This document shows, piece by piece, positions 1 through 9,107 of a DNA stretch of 64,000 nt (the stretch's first letter is position 1; every line of letters begins with the position of its first letter). Source of the stretch: Thermoplasmatota archaeon (GTDB taxonomy: Archaea > Thermoplasmatota > E2 > JACPAO01 > JAHFTW01); NCBI GenBank assembly GCA_041601615.1, contig JBFIHX010000003.1:224001-288000 (forward strand), read 5' to 3'. The notes under the pieces were generated by a model, which saw only the letters and a list, made by a program, of their open reading frames with translations, searched no databases and was not told where the DNA came from. A program made the translations under genes and the position numbers.

Positions 1-266
1 TCTTCCGAAACGCCGACTTCCTCTTCCTCTTCCTCGACCGGGGCGGCCTCGGCAGCCGGGGCTGCTCCACCGGCGACGGCCACAGGGGCGGCCGTTGCGG
101 TTTCGATGGCTGCACCGATGTCGGCACCGTCGAGTGCGGCGACGAGAGCCTTTACGCGGCCCGAGTCAACCGCAACGCCGGCGGCGCTGAGGATCTTGGT
201 GATGGCTTCTTCGCTGACTTCCTTCTCGGCGCTGTGCAGGAGCAGCGCACTGTACACGTATTCCAT
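1..266 (-). CDS. rpl12: 50S ribosomal protein L12 (archaeal P1-like stalk protein), 3' end outside window
   Basis: Reverse strand reads [31 protein letters not shown] with an Ala/Glu-rich tail; AGGAGTGA SD upstream; follows rpl10. Confidence 0.95.
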   Translation of the reverse strand, partial: MEYVYSALLLHSAEKEVSEEAITKILSAAGVAVDSGRVKALVAALDGADIGAAIETATAAPVAVAGGAAPAAEAAPVEEEEEEVGVSE

Positions 267-284
267 GTAGTTTCACTCCTAGGT

Positions 285-1310
285 TTATCCGAACAGCGCA
301 CCGAGTCCAGCGGCTGCTTCATCTTCGCTCACTTCCTCTTCTTCCTCTTCCTCTTCGGCCGGGGCTTCGGAGGCAGCCGCCGCGGGGGCCGCAGCGACGT
401 TGGTGAGGATGTCGAGATGACTTCCCAGACGCTCTTGGAGAGCTTCGGAGAGGTCGGCAGGCTTCTTGCCGAGACCCGCAAGGATCTTGGCGTAGGCTTC
501 GGCAGCCGCGTCGGCTGCTTCTGCCAGGTCGACGCCGGTTTCCAGCGCGACCGCGACCGCCATGCGGTAGGCACGGCCGACCAGGGCAGCCATGGACTGC
601 TTGGTCGGGAAGGCGGTCATGAGGCTGACTTCATGCGCGACGCGGACGGCGAGCATGAGTTCGGCCAGGACCTTCTCTTCGTCCACCGCGAGCACGTCGG
701 GCTTGAACAGGGTGTCCAGCTCGAATGCTGCTTGGAGGTCGATCTTGAGTTCGACGGGTCGAATCTCAAGTTTGGACAGCATGTTGGCCATCGCGGGAGC
801 GACGACCTCGCCGGCCTTGACGGGGGTGGTGGTCTTGATGACCACGACCTTGGGTCCTTCGATCTTGGCGGGGATACCGACCTTCTGGAATTCACCGACG
901 ATGGGGCCGGGGCCGAAGGGCGTGGGGCCTTTTTCGACGACGATGTCGCAGGGGGCGATGCCGCCGGGGCGGACCGAGGCGCGGCTGGCGCCGGCCTGGA
1001 GGGTCTTGTAGAGTTTGAACGGGTTCATGTCGGTCGAGATGACCGCCATTTGCCCGTCGACGAGGTCCAGAAGGCTCTCGATGCCGGGGCGCGTTTTTGC
1101 GGCCTCGGCGATGGCGAGCTTCAGGAGTCGGTTCTTGGTGCCGACCACGTCGACGCCGGCTCGGAGGCTGGCGCGCATCTCTTGCATCTGGGGGCCGGGG
1201 ATGCCACCGATCTTGGCGATGCCGACGACGGGTTTGTCGGTCAGCATCTTGGCGATGCGGGTGACTTCAGCGCGCTTCCAGGGGGCGATGCGTGCTTCCA
1301 CTACAGCCAC
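285..1310 (-). CDS. rpl10: 50S ribosomal protein L10 (P0)
   Basis: WKRAEV...GIPGPQMQEMRASLR, KNRLL, GPTPFGPGP motifs; acidic tail ending GLGALFG. Confidence 0.97.
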   Translation of the reverse strand: MAVVEARIAPWKRAEVTRIAKMLTDKPVVGIAKIGGIPGPQMQEMRASLRAGVDVVGTKNRLLKLAIAEAAKTRPGIESLLDLVDGQMAVISTDMNPFKLYKTLQAGASRASVRPGGIAPCDIVVEKGPTPFGPGPIVGEFQKVGIPAKIEGPKVVVIKTTTPVKAGEVVAPAMANMLSKLEIRPVELKIDLQAAFELDTLFKPDVLAVDEEKVLAELMLAVRVAHEVSLMTAFPTKQSMAALVGRAYRMAVAVALETGVDLAEAADAAAEAYAKILAGLGKKPADLSEALQERLGSHLDILTNVAAAPAAAASEAPAEEEEEEEEVSEDEAAAGLGALFG

Positions 1311-1942
1311 CTCACGGAGGGGCCCATGCTGGTCTTGATGTAGATGGAGTCGATGTTCATGCGGCCGTGTTCGAGGCGACCTTCGACACGCTTCATGAGC
1401 GCCTCGATGTTCTCCACGATGTCTTCGACGGACATGTCCTCGCTGCCGATGACGCAGTGGAACGACCGCTTGTCCTTGCTGCGTACCTTGACGGTGTTGC
1501 GCAGGTTGGAGATTTGGCCGCTCGGGTCCGTGCCGGGGGGCAGCGGGCGAGGCATTTTGCCGCGGGGACCGAGAACGATACCCAGGCTCTTACCGATTTG
1601 CGCCATGAGGGGCGCTTCGGCAAGGAAGTAGTTCATTTTGTTCGCGGTCTTCTTGAACTGCGCCTTGTTCTTTTGCATGTCCTCGAATTCTTCCGGCTGG
1701 ATGACCACATCGGCTACCTTGCGGGCCAGTGTGGCGCCTTCGCCCTGAGCGAATACGCCGACCTTGGCTTCCTTGCCCCGACCTTTGGGGAGAATGATCT
1801 CCTCATCGATGCGGTTCTTGGGAATGTTTAGGTCGACGTTCTTCAGGGTGATGGCGAGGTCGATGGACTGCGTGAACTTGCGCTTGCCTTTGCCCTGTTC
1901 GAGGGCAGAAGTCACCGCTTCCACGATTTCCTGTTCGGCTAT
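1301..1942 (-). CDS. rpl1: 50S ribosomal protein L1; start probably the non-canonical ATA at 1942
   Basis: RKFTQSIDLAITLK, LGPRGKMP, YIKTSMGP motifs; GGAGGTGA SD lies 4 nt before the in-frame ATA. Confidence 0.95.
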   Translation of the reverse strand: MAEQEIVEAVTSALEQGKGKRKFTQSIDLAITLKNVDLNIPKNRIDEEIILPKGRGKEAKVGVFAQGEGATLARKVADVVIQPEEFEDMQKNKAQFKKTANKMNYFLAEAPLMAQIGKSLGIVLGPRGKMPRPLPPGTDPSGQISNLRNTVKVRSKDKRSFHCVIGSEDMSVEDIVENIEALMKRVEGRLEHGRMNIDSIYIKTSMGPSVRWL

Positions 1943-1952
1943 GGTATCACCT

Positions 1953-1990
1953 CCGCAGTTTGGCGGCCGGGATAGCCCAGCCTCCTGCGG
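1953..1990 (-). promoter_or_regulatory. L1-binding autoregulatory mRNA hairpin in the rpl1 leader
   Basis: CCGCAG-GAGGC-[UGGG CUAU CCCG]-GCC-GCCAAA-CUGCGG resembles the asymmetric-loop L1 target and runs into the SD. Confidence 0.8.
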
Positions 1991-2014
1991 TAGGAGCGGC
2001 CGACTTGGATGCAG

Positions 2015-2020
2015 TATAAA
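2015..2020 (-). promoter_or_regulatory. TATA box of the rpl1-rpl10-rpl12 operon
   Basis: TTTATA on the minus strand about 25 nt upstream of the leader hairpin. Confidence 0.6.
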
Positions 2021-2121
2021 GTGGTTGTCCACGAGCAAGGAGGGATGGGGCTTGGGGCCGTGGTGGATTGCTGGTTTTGCGCCGGGGTTTGGGTTCTAGG
2101 CGCCTCGGCGGTGATTTTGGG

Positions 2122-2553
2122 TTAGTTTGTGCGGAATTTCCACTGTACGTGGTCGCCGTCTTGGAGGGGGAAGGCACAGGCACCGACTGCGGCTCGTGGC
2201 AACCACGCGCCGTTTCGGTAGATCCAGTATTCCCATCCGCCGCCGTTCTGGTCGCCTTCCGCGAATCCGCCAATGGCGCGAACGTAGATGCCGCAGGGCT
2301 GGTAGGCGGGGTTTTCGTGTACGTCTAGGCGCAGGCCGGCTTCGGTGGTGGCGGCGACGAGGACGGAGTATGCGGTGGCGTTTTGGGCGGTGATGGTGCC
2401 GTTGTAGAGGGTGCTGTCGGGCGCAAGGATGGAGACGGTGAATGTGCCGGATGCGCCGGTTTGCTCGGGGGCGGTCTGGAGTAGGAGCACGGTTCCTATG
2501 GTAAGCAGGGCGATGAGGGTGAGTGCGGCGGCGAGGCGCGTCGGGGTGTGCAT
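2122..2553 (-). CDS. Membrane-anchored DUF4430 (transcobalamin C-terminal-like) protein
   Basis: N-terminal TM; TAYSVL...GIYVRAIGG...GWEYWI...LQDGDHVQW pattern. Confidence 0.75.
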   Translation of the reverse strand: MHTPTRLAAALTLIALLTIGTVLLLQTAPEQTGASGTFTVSILAPDSTLYNGTITAQNATAYSVLVAATTEAGLRLDVHENPAYQPCGIYVRAIGGFAEGDQNGGGWEYWIYRNGAWLPRAAVGACAFPLQDGDHVQWKFRTN

Positions 2554-2671
2554 GGTCCCGTCTTGGGCCGCGCAGGGGTTGGGGGACGGATGAAGGCTGG
2601 GGCCGGTTGCAGGAGTGGGGCGGGGCGGGAGGTGGCGTGATGGATTTGGCTGGGCGTCGGGGGTTTGAGGG

Positions 2672-3199
2672 TCAGGGTGTGGATACGTTCGGGGCTTGGT
2701 TTCCTAGATTGAAGCCGACGTGGTATCCATGTGGGTGGGCTGGGGGTTGCTGTGCTCGGAGCATGGTTGGGAGGATGGTGCTGCGGGCAAAGCGGGGGCG
2801 GCCTTCGCCGCGTCGTTCGATGATGCCGGCGTCTTCCAGGTCTTGAAGGCGATTGCGGGCGATGCGGCGGGTGAGTCCGGTGTGTTCCATGACTGCGATG
2901 GTGTCGAGTTCGCGGTGCTCGGAAAACAGGTCGAGTACGGCGCGGGCGTGGGGGCGGGCCATGATTACGTGTCGTCGCATGGCTGCGCGGTTCATTTGGG
3001 TGGCAAAGAGGTACTGGTGCTTTGGGTCGTCGAGGGCGTGCAGCTGGCCGGCTTCGAGGAGTTGGTCTACGTGCTGTGTGATGGTGCCCCAGGCGAGTCC
3101 GGTGGCTCTGCGCAGGTCGCTTCGAGTCAGGCCAGGTTTGGCTGTGACGAGGGCATGGATGTGGAGCGCCGGTGTGGCGGTTGTGTCGACAGGGCCCAT
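2672..3199 (-). CDS. Double winged-helix transcriptional regulator
   Basis: KPGLTRSDLRRATGLAWGTITQHVDQL and a second HTH TGLTRRIARNRLQDLEDAGII. Confidence 0.7.
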   Translation of the reverse strand: MGPVDTTATPALHIHALVTAKPGLTRSDLRRATGLAWGTITQHVDQLLEAGQLHALDDPKHQYLFATQMNRAAMRRHVIMARPHARAVLDLFSEHRELDTIAVMEHTGLTRRIARNRLQDLEDAGIIERRGEGRPRFARSTILPTMLRAQQPPAHPHGYHVGFNLGNQAPNVSTP

Positions 3200-3284
3200 G
3201 GGGTTGCATCGACGTGCGTCATAGGGGGTTTTTGGCCTCTATTTCGAAATCGTGGCCATTGTGGGCTTGCTCGTGGCCTGGGTT

Positions 3285-4256
3285 TCAGGTGAGGCTTGGG
3301 TCCCAATTGTTCCAGGTGACCAGTTCTGGTGCCCAGCCTTCGTGGTCTTGCATGTATGCAATCGCTTTGGCGATGTCTGTGTAGTGGTTGCTGGCGGGCG
3401 TGGGGCTGAGGATGATGGTGCTGGCGACTCCGAGGGCTTTGCCGTCGCTGGTCATGATGTGGCCGCCGGAGTCACCGGGGATGCCGGGGGTGGCGAGGTA
3501 GACATGGTGGCTCCAGCCGCCGTTGGCCATGCCGAGGTGTTGGCCTTGTTTGGGGTGGATTTCTTCGATGCCGGCTTTGAGGGTGCTGGCGCCGTAGCCG
3601 TAGATGGTGGAGGTAGGGGCGGTGGCGAGGCCTGTGGGGGCTTGGAAGTGCAGGCTGGCGGGGTGCACATGGGGAAGGTCTTCTTCGTCGATTTTGAGGA
3701 GTGCGAAGTCGTTGCCGGCGCATGTTGCGGGGTCGGTTTCGCCGATGCGTTGCATGGTGGCCCAACTGCTGTAGATGATGGTTGCTGCGGCGGTGCCGCC
3801 ATTGTCGAGGTCGAGGCGGGCGCGGTTTTTGTCGGCAAGGGGCGCGTTGCAGCCGTCGGTTTGTTCGCTGGAGCCGGCTGCGACGCAGTGGGCGGCGGTG
3901 GCGAGGTAGTAGTGGGTCCAGTCCTGTTGGAAGAGGAAGCTGGTGGTGCAGCCGGCGCCTTCGAAGGCCATGTTGATGCCGGGGCGGATGCCTTTGCCGG
4001 TGGGGCTGCCCCAGTCGGGTTCGGTTGTGTTGGTGCCGGGTGCGGGGGCGGGTGGTTTGGTGCTGTTGGCGCCGCTTACGGGGGTGGCGCCGGGGAAGGG
4101 GTCGTCAGTGTTGTTGGTGGGTGCTCCGCCTTTGCCGTTTGGCGTGCCGTCTGGGCCGGTGTTGCCGTCGTCGGGGCCGGGGGCGGGGGTGGCGTCGTCG
4201 CCGGGCGTGGTGCATCCTGCCAGTAGGAGGGTGAGTGCCACAAGGAGGGCGCGCAT
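3285..4256 (-). CDS. Lipoprotein trypsin-like (S1) serine protease
   Basis: Lipobox LLAGC, Pro/Thr linker, TAAHC, NDFALL and GDSGG catalytic motifs; start moved to MRALLVAL. Confidence 0.85.
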   Translation of the reverse strand: MRALLVALTLLLAGCTTPGDDATPAPGPDDGNTGPDGTPNGKGGAPTNNTDDPFPGATPVSGANSTKPPAPAPGTNTTEPDWGSPTGKGIRPGINMAFEGAGCTTSFLFQQDWTHYYLATAAHCVAAGSSEQTDGCNAPLADKNRARLDLDNGGTAAATIIYSSWATMQRIGETDPATCAGNDFALLKIDEEDLPHVHPASLHFQAPTGLATAPTSTIYGYGASTLKAGIEEIHPKQGQHLGMANGGWSHHVYLATPGIPGDSGGHIMTSDGKALGVASTIILSPTPASNHYTDIAKAIAYMQDHEGWAPELVTWNNWDPSLT

Positions 4257-4369
4257 CACCGGAACTTTTGTTGCTACAGGGTTAAGGTTTCCTGTGGGGT
4301 GGTCGAAACGGGGTAACCATCCGGAGAGTGGGGGGCAGTCTGGTGCGGGTTGCGAGGTGCGCGGGGGGT

Positions 4370-4864
4370 CTAGACTTCCCAGACGCCGCCGCGGTCTTCG
4401 TTGCCTGCGGTGGTTGAAACTTCTGGGGTGGGGAGGGCAGCTTCCGGGGCTTTGGCATCGATGACGCCTGTGTCGTTGTGGTCTACGAGGGTCATTTCGC
4501 CGACGAATTTTAGGAGGACTGGTTTTTTGGCGAGGCGGCCGAGGAAGGTTTGCACGGCGCCGACGACTTGGTCTTGGTCCATGCGGCGCTGGGCGGCGGG
4601 CACGTCGCTTGGGTAGCCGCCGAAGTAGACGGTGAGGTAGGCTTTCTTGAGGCGGTTGACCACGACCAGGGTGCTGGTGGCAAATCCTGCGGGAAGCCGG
4701 GTGTGTGGGTTGTGGGCGATGAAGCCGGTTTCGCCGCCGTCTTGCCATTCCCATCCCTGGAAGCCCATTTCTTTGGCTTGCAGCGGGCCCCAGAGGACGG
4801 TTTGGAGTTTGGGCACGTCTGCTTCCCATTTGGCAAGGTATACGCCGGCGTCCATCACGTCCAT
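4370..4864 (-). CDS. Hypothetical protein
   Basis: Protein-like composition from MDVMDAGVYLAKWE; no recognised motif. Confidence 0.55.
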   Translation of the reverse strand: MDVMDAGVYLAKWEADVPKLQTVLWGPLQAKEMGFQGWEWQDGGETGFIAHNPHTRLPAGFATSTLVVVNRLKKAYLTVYFGGYPSDVPAAQRRMDQDQVVGAVQTFLGRLAKKPVLLKFVGEMTLVDHNDTGVIDAKAPEAALPTPEVSTTAGNEDRGGVWEV

Positions 4865-5026
4865 GCGGTGTCCACCAGGGCGGGGGTCTTGGCTGTGCCG
4901 AAGTCGTGTGGGTGTGGGCCGCGAGGTGCGCGGGCGGCTGGGCGCTCGTGGGCACAACTTGGCATCGCGGCAAGGCGCGGCACGGCGCGGCGTGGGGCGT
5001 GATCGCGGCACAACCTCCAAACGGAG

Positions 5027-5722
5027 GTGGACCGGTGGCTGCGCGTGGTCCTGACGAACAAGGTCGGCACTGAGCGGTCGTTTCCCATCGTGGCGCTGCT
5101 GTATGGGGCGACGCTTGGCTTGTATGGCATCTATTGGCATTACAAGGTCCAGAATGAGTTGTACAAGCAATTCGAATTGCACCGCGAGCAACGGGACGAA
5201 GGTGCTCTTTGGCTCCTGTATGGTCGCACGGTGTTCCGGCCGCTGTTCTGGGTGTTTCTGTTTGTGTTTGTGGACAATTTGCACCATGTTCGCGCTCGGT
5301 TTGGCTTGCAGGAGCGGCCGCGTACGGGCTATGTGCTGACGTTCTCCATCATCGGGACCATCTGTGCGTACCTGGGTCTTGGTTTGCTGTACTTTGCGTT
5401 CTACCTGGCATTCGGCGAGGATCCCAACATGAGTGTGGATGAGGTGCGGGCGCTGGCGACGGGCATTTTCTTGCTTTCGGCTCTGGCACTGGCGCTTGGA
5501 GGCGCTCTGCTCGCCATGGTGTATGCGCCGCTTCAGAAGGCGGTCAACGAAGTCTGGCAGGCGTATGATGCTCGCATGGAGGCGCTGATGCCTGGGGGCG
5601 CTACCGGGGGTGCTTCAGGGGCGTGGTACGATCAGGTAGGTGGGCCTTCGCAAGATTTCCAAGGCCGCGACGAATGGATCCCGGTGCAAGAAGGAACGCC
5701 ACCAACATACCCAAGGCGATGA
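5027..5722 (+). CDS. DUF4234-like membrane protein
   Basis: TLGLYGIYWHYKVQNEL motif, several TM helices, LQKAVN. Confidence 0.65.
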   Translation: MDRWLRVVLTNKVGTERSFPIVALLYGATLGLYGIYWHYKVQNELYKQFELHREQRDEGALWLLYGRTVFRPLFWVFLFVFVDNLHHVRARFGLQERPRTGYVLTFSIIGTICAYLGLGLLYFAFYLAFGEDPNMSVDEVRALATGIFLLSALALALGGALLAMVYAPLQKAVNEVWQAYDARMEALMPGGATGGASGAWYDQVGGPSQDFQGRDEWIPVQEGTPPTYPRR

Positions 5723-6467
5723 GGACGAGGAGCGCCGAGAGCACTCCGCGGTCGTCAATCGGAGCGGCGATGCTCAGGATGCTCAAGAGCACGGCCGAGG
5801 CGTTGTTGGCGTAGTGGATGATAATGGAGGGCAGCGGGGCAAACCAGCGCACCCGTGGGTCCCTCCAGGATGCTACGGCGTAGAGGGTGACCATGGAGAG
5901 TCCTGTGCTGGTGGCGTGGAATCCGATGCGCCAGAACTCGCCAAATGTGTCTTCTTCGGAGTAGCTGACGGCGTGTTCTAGGATGCCGAATCCGGCGCCG
6001 ATGGCCAGGGCGGCAGGAAGCATCACCAGAAGCCAAGCCCGGTGCCTCCAGCGTTCTCGCGTTGCGAGTCCTCCCATGAGGGCAATGAATAGGAGTCCGA
6101 GGAGGAGGGCGAGTCCGAATTTGACGAACTCCTCGAAGATGGGAGCGCCGAGGACCACTTGGACCAGAAAGGGCGCTTGGTCTACGAAGACAGTGAAGAA
6201 TCCGAGCCCGAAGAGGATGCCGCCGAGGGCGAATGGATTGCGGGCCAATCGGGGCAACGGGTGCTCTCGGTCGGGCAGCAATTTCCACTCGGGCGGTATC
6301 GGTTCGTCGTCGGGTACCTCGATGCCGACCACATTGGCATCGTAGAACAGGTCCGCGTCGATGTGGCCTCCCACGGGCTTGGATGGGGGGTGAAAGGGTT
6401 TGGGTCTGTCGGAGCGGGGCGCAGCGCCCGTGGGGCGTTCGGGGCACTCCCATAGGGCCAGCCGCAT
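5601..6467 (-). CDS. PrsW-family intramembrane metalloprotease (true start may be near 6374)
   Basis: APIFEEFVK, GAGFGILEH, FHATSTG and IIHYANN motifs. Confidence 0.8.
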   Translation of the reverse strand: MRLALWECPERPTGAAPRSDRPKPFHPPSKPVGGHIDADLFYDANVVGIEVPDDEPIPPEWKLLPDREHPLPRLARNPFALGGILFGLGFFTVFVDQAPFLVQVVLGAPIFEEFVKFGLALLLGLLFIALMGGLATRERWRHRAWLLVMLPAALAIGAGFGILEHAVSYSEEDTFGEFWRIGFHATSTGLSMVTLYAVASWRDPRVRWFAPLPSIIIHYANNASAVLLSILSIAAPIDDRGVLSALLVLIALGMLVAFLLAPGSIRRGLGNLAKAHLPDRTTPLKHPR

Positions 6468-6484
6468 TCGGGTGGCTGAGCGTG

Positions 6485-7081
6485 CTAGGCGCCGTCGATC
6501 AGTTCCAAGATGCGTTCGACGGCGTCGGGAAGGCCATCTTCGACGGCCAAAACGGGCAACGCAAGGCGCTTGATGTGGGCTTGCAGGTGTTCGCGGCTAT
6601 GGGTAGTGGCGAGCAGGATGCAGGGGATGCCGAAGGCGCGGGCGGCTTTGGCGTCCTTGAGGGTGTCGCCGATCATCACGGCGCGGTCGCGGTCCACCGG
6701 GGCGCCAGCGTCGCTCCAGGCTTGATTGGCGTCGCGCAGCATGCCGGCGCGGGGTTTGCGGCGACGGTGGGGGATGAAGGTGGGGCTGTAGCTTACTTCG
6801 ATGCGGTCGAGGCGTCCGCCTTCGGCTTCCAATTCGGTCAGGAGGTACTCATGGACGCGCCGGACGTGCGCGGGGGTGGCCAGGAGGTGGCCAACTTGGG
6901 GTTGGTTGGTGACGAGGCAGGTGCGCACGTCGGGCCGGTTGAGGCGCGCAAACGCTTGGCGCACGCCGGGGAGCCATTCGAAGTCGGCTGGGTCGCGCAC
7001 GCCGGGCAGTTTGAGTCTGCAAAATACGCCGTCGCGGTCGAGGAAAATGGTCCATGGGGTCGGCCGGCGCACGACGGTCAC
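6485..7081 (-). CDS. HAD-IIIA phosphatase (GmhB / histidinol-phosphatase-like)
   Basis: FLDRDGV, VTNQ, RKPRAGM and MIGDTLKD motifs. Confidence 0.85.
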   Translation of the reverse strand: MTVVRRPTPWTIFLDRDGVFCRLKLPGVRDPADFEWLPGVRQAFARLNRPDVRTCLVTNQPQVGHLLATPAHVRRVHEYLLTELEAEGGRLDRIEVSYSPTFIPHRRRKPRAGMLRDANQAWSDAGAPVDRDRAVMIGDTLKDAKAARAFGIPCILLATTHSREHLQAHIKRLALPVLAVEDGLPDAVERILELIDGA

Positions 7082-8005
7082 CTACCTGCGCAGTTCGCCG
7101 AGCGTGGTGGTGCGTTCGGCGTAGGCGTTGTGTTTGTGGATGCTTTCTTGGGCTTCGCTGCTGCAGCAGACCACTACGTCTTCGGGCAGTTGCGGGTAGC
7201 GATCTACGACCAAGAACAGTGCTTCACGCACCACGTCTTCGACGAATTTTGGGTCGTGGTGTGCTTGCAAGACGAGGTCGCCTTCGTCGCCGCGTTTCAG
7301 GAGTTCGTAGGTGGGTGCGGATAGGGCCGCTTCGCAGAGAGCAACGAGGTCGGCGGCTTCTATGTCGGTTTCTTCGGGCACATCCATGCAGAGGGTGACG
7401 ACGTTGCGTTGGTTGTGGGTAATGAAGGGCAGGTCTGGGTTTGGTGGTGTTCCGGCTTCGACCATTTTGTGTCGGGCGGTTTCCATGGCGCAGGGGCAGG
7501 CGCTCATGCCGATGACTTCGACGCCCACGCGGCGGCGGTGTTCGCCATCTCGAATGGCGGTGGCTTGGGCGGTGAGGCCGTAGCGCTCGAGGGTTGGTTT
7601 ACCGCCGGGGTTGGTTTGCATCAAGAAGAAGTCGCCGCGGGCACTGACGTGGGCGTCTTGGGCATAATCGTGACGTTCTAGCAGGCGGCGGGCGAGGCGG
7701 GAGCACAAGGTTTCCAGGCCACGCGCTTCGCGGTCTACGATTTCCTCGTCCAGTACGTCGGCGAGTGCTTCGAGGTTGCGGCTCATGTGGGTGCCTTTCT
7801 GGGTTCGGGGCAGGTCCACGAATAAGTCAAAGTCCGCCACGATGCCGTGTGGGTCCTGGCCTGGGCGGTGAATGGTTACGGGTTTGCGCACACCTCGAAC
7901 GCCCACCCGTGTCAGCTTGTAGGGTCTGGGCGCGTCAAAGTTCTGCACGTCCGGGCTGTCCCTGGCTTCGGCCACGGGGGCGGCCACGAGAGCACCCCGT
8001 TTCAA
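7082..8005 (-). CDS. mptA: GTP cyclohydrolase MptA (FolE2 family)
   Basis: PDVQ, KGTHMSR, GMSACPCA, THNQR, LLKRGDE, KFVEDVVR and ESIHKHNA motifs. Confidence 0.93.
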   Translation of the reverse strand: MKRGALVAAPVAEARDSPDVQNFDAPRPYKLTRVGVRGVRKPVTIHRPGQDPHGIVADFDLFVDLPRTQKGTHMSRNLEALADVLDEEIVDREARGLETLCSRLARRLLERHDYAQDAHVSARGDFFLMQTNPGGKPTLERYGLTAQATAIRDGEHRRRVGVEVIGMSACPCAMETARHKMVEAGTPPNPDLPFITHNQRNVVTLCMDVPEETDIEAADLVALCEAALSAPTYELLKRGDEGDLVLQAHHDPKFVEDVVREALFLVVDRYPQLPEDVVVCCSSEAQESIHKHNAYAERTTTLGELRR

Positions 8006-8021
8006 TCATGCGGGCTGGGCA

Positions 8022-8357
8022 TCAGAGGTCGAAGCAGCCGAGGCCCCACAACCACGCAGCAGAAATCGCAATTCCCACTAGGAACGCTGCCCAGAAGGGC
8101 ACCAGGAAGCGCGCCTTGCGGGTCTTGTGGCGGAACATGGAAAATGCGAGGGCCAGGCCGGGTCCGGCGCCAAGGGCTGCGAGCAAAAGGAGTGTTTTTT
8201 CGGGAATGCGGGCGGCGGGAGCGTGGCCGTCGCGGGCGCGTTTTCGAAGGTCGCCGCCTCGGATTTGGGCCACTTTTTTGTCGTAGCGCGCAATGAAGAA
8301 GGCGCCGCCGTTGAGCAGGAATTCGAAGGTGAGAAACACAATGCACGCGGTTTCCAC
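8022..8357 (-). CDS. DUF1294 membrane protein
   Basis: YDKK...RIPEKTLLLLAALG...FRHKTRK signature. Confidence 0.8.
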   Translation of the reverse strand: METACIVFLTFEFLLNGGAFFIARYDKKVAQIRGGDLRKRARDGHAPAARIPEKTLLLLAALGAGPGLALAFSMFRHKTRKARFLVPFWAAFLVGIAISAAWLWGLGCFDL

Positions 8358-8428
8358 GCGGAGGCCAAGGAGGTTCTGACTGTTCAGGTTCTGGGTTTGG
8401 AATTTGCCCTAGATCCATCGGTGGGGGG

Positions 8429-8464
8429 CGGAGAGGACGGAAGAGACGGAGAGGACGGAAGAGA
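8429..8464. repeat. Short tandem repeat, 2 x 18 bp (cggagaggacggaagaga)
   Basis: Read directly; intergenic. Confidence 0.7.
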
Positions 8465-8516
8465 CGGAGGGAATGGAGAAGGGATGAGCATGGGCTCAGG
8501 GTCGAGGGTTCTGGGG

Positions 8517-9107
8517 CTACCACCAAGTGACCTTGATGGGGTCCATGGAACTCTGGAACGACACGGGCCCGGTGCCTTGTTCCATGGATGGCGCTCCCAG
8601 CCAGATGGAGTTCACACTGTGGCTCGGTTGGCGCCATGGGGTGGTGCGGTCCGGCCGCACTTGTCCGTCGGTGGTCTGGGATTCTCGGAATCGAGTCGAG
8701 GTCCATTCGTCGCAGACATCTCCGAGGTAGTCGCGATCTGCGTCGGCTTGGTTCGGGTTGAACACGAAGGGGCAGTTGTCGTATGCATCACTGACGCCGT
8801 CGCGGTCCGTGTCCCAGGATTGCACGTTTAGGCCTAGTCGAATTTCCACGTCGTCCCAGACTTTGTCGCCGTCCGAATCGAAGGAGGCGGGGTCGCTGCC
8901 ATGGATGTGTACTTCATCGCCGTCCAAGAGGCCATCTCCGTCGCTATCTCGATTGTGCGGGCTGGTGCCGTACACCACCAATTCGTCGATGTCGGCCAAT
9001 CCGTCCATGTCGAGGTCCACTGCCGAAGTTGGGCCGGCGGAAGAGGAGCTGGCGGCCAGGAGCAGGAACATGGCCATGATTGCTAGTGGGGTCGAGTTGG
9101 CGCTCAT
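8517..9107 (-). CDS. Secreted Ca-binding protein with thrombospondin type-3-like repeats
   Basis: Signal peptide; DSDGDGLLDGDE repeats; DNCPFVFNPNQADADRDYLGDVCD. Confidence 0.8.
   Translation of the reverse strand: MSANSTPLAIMAMFLLLAASSSSAGPTSAVDLDMDGLADIDELVVYGTSPHNRDSDGDGLLDGDEVHIHGSDPASFDSDGDKVWDDVEIRLGLNVQSWDTDRDGVSDAYDNCPFVFNPNQADADRDYLGDVCDEWTSTRFRESQTTDGQVRPDRTTPWRQPSHSVNSIWLGAPSMEQGTGPVSFQSSMDPIKVTWW

Noticed and set aside
3285-4973. 562-aa ORF as one protein
   Set aside because: The Arg/Pro-rich N-terminus overlaps another gene; the lipoprotein signal begins at 4256
6360-6375. Second non-canonical start (GGAGG followed by ATC) for the PrsW gene
   Set aside because: An in-frame GTG just upstream explains the start equally well
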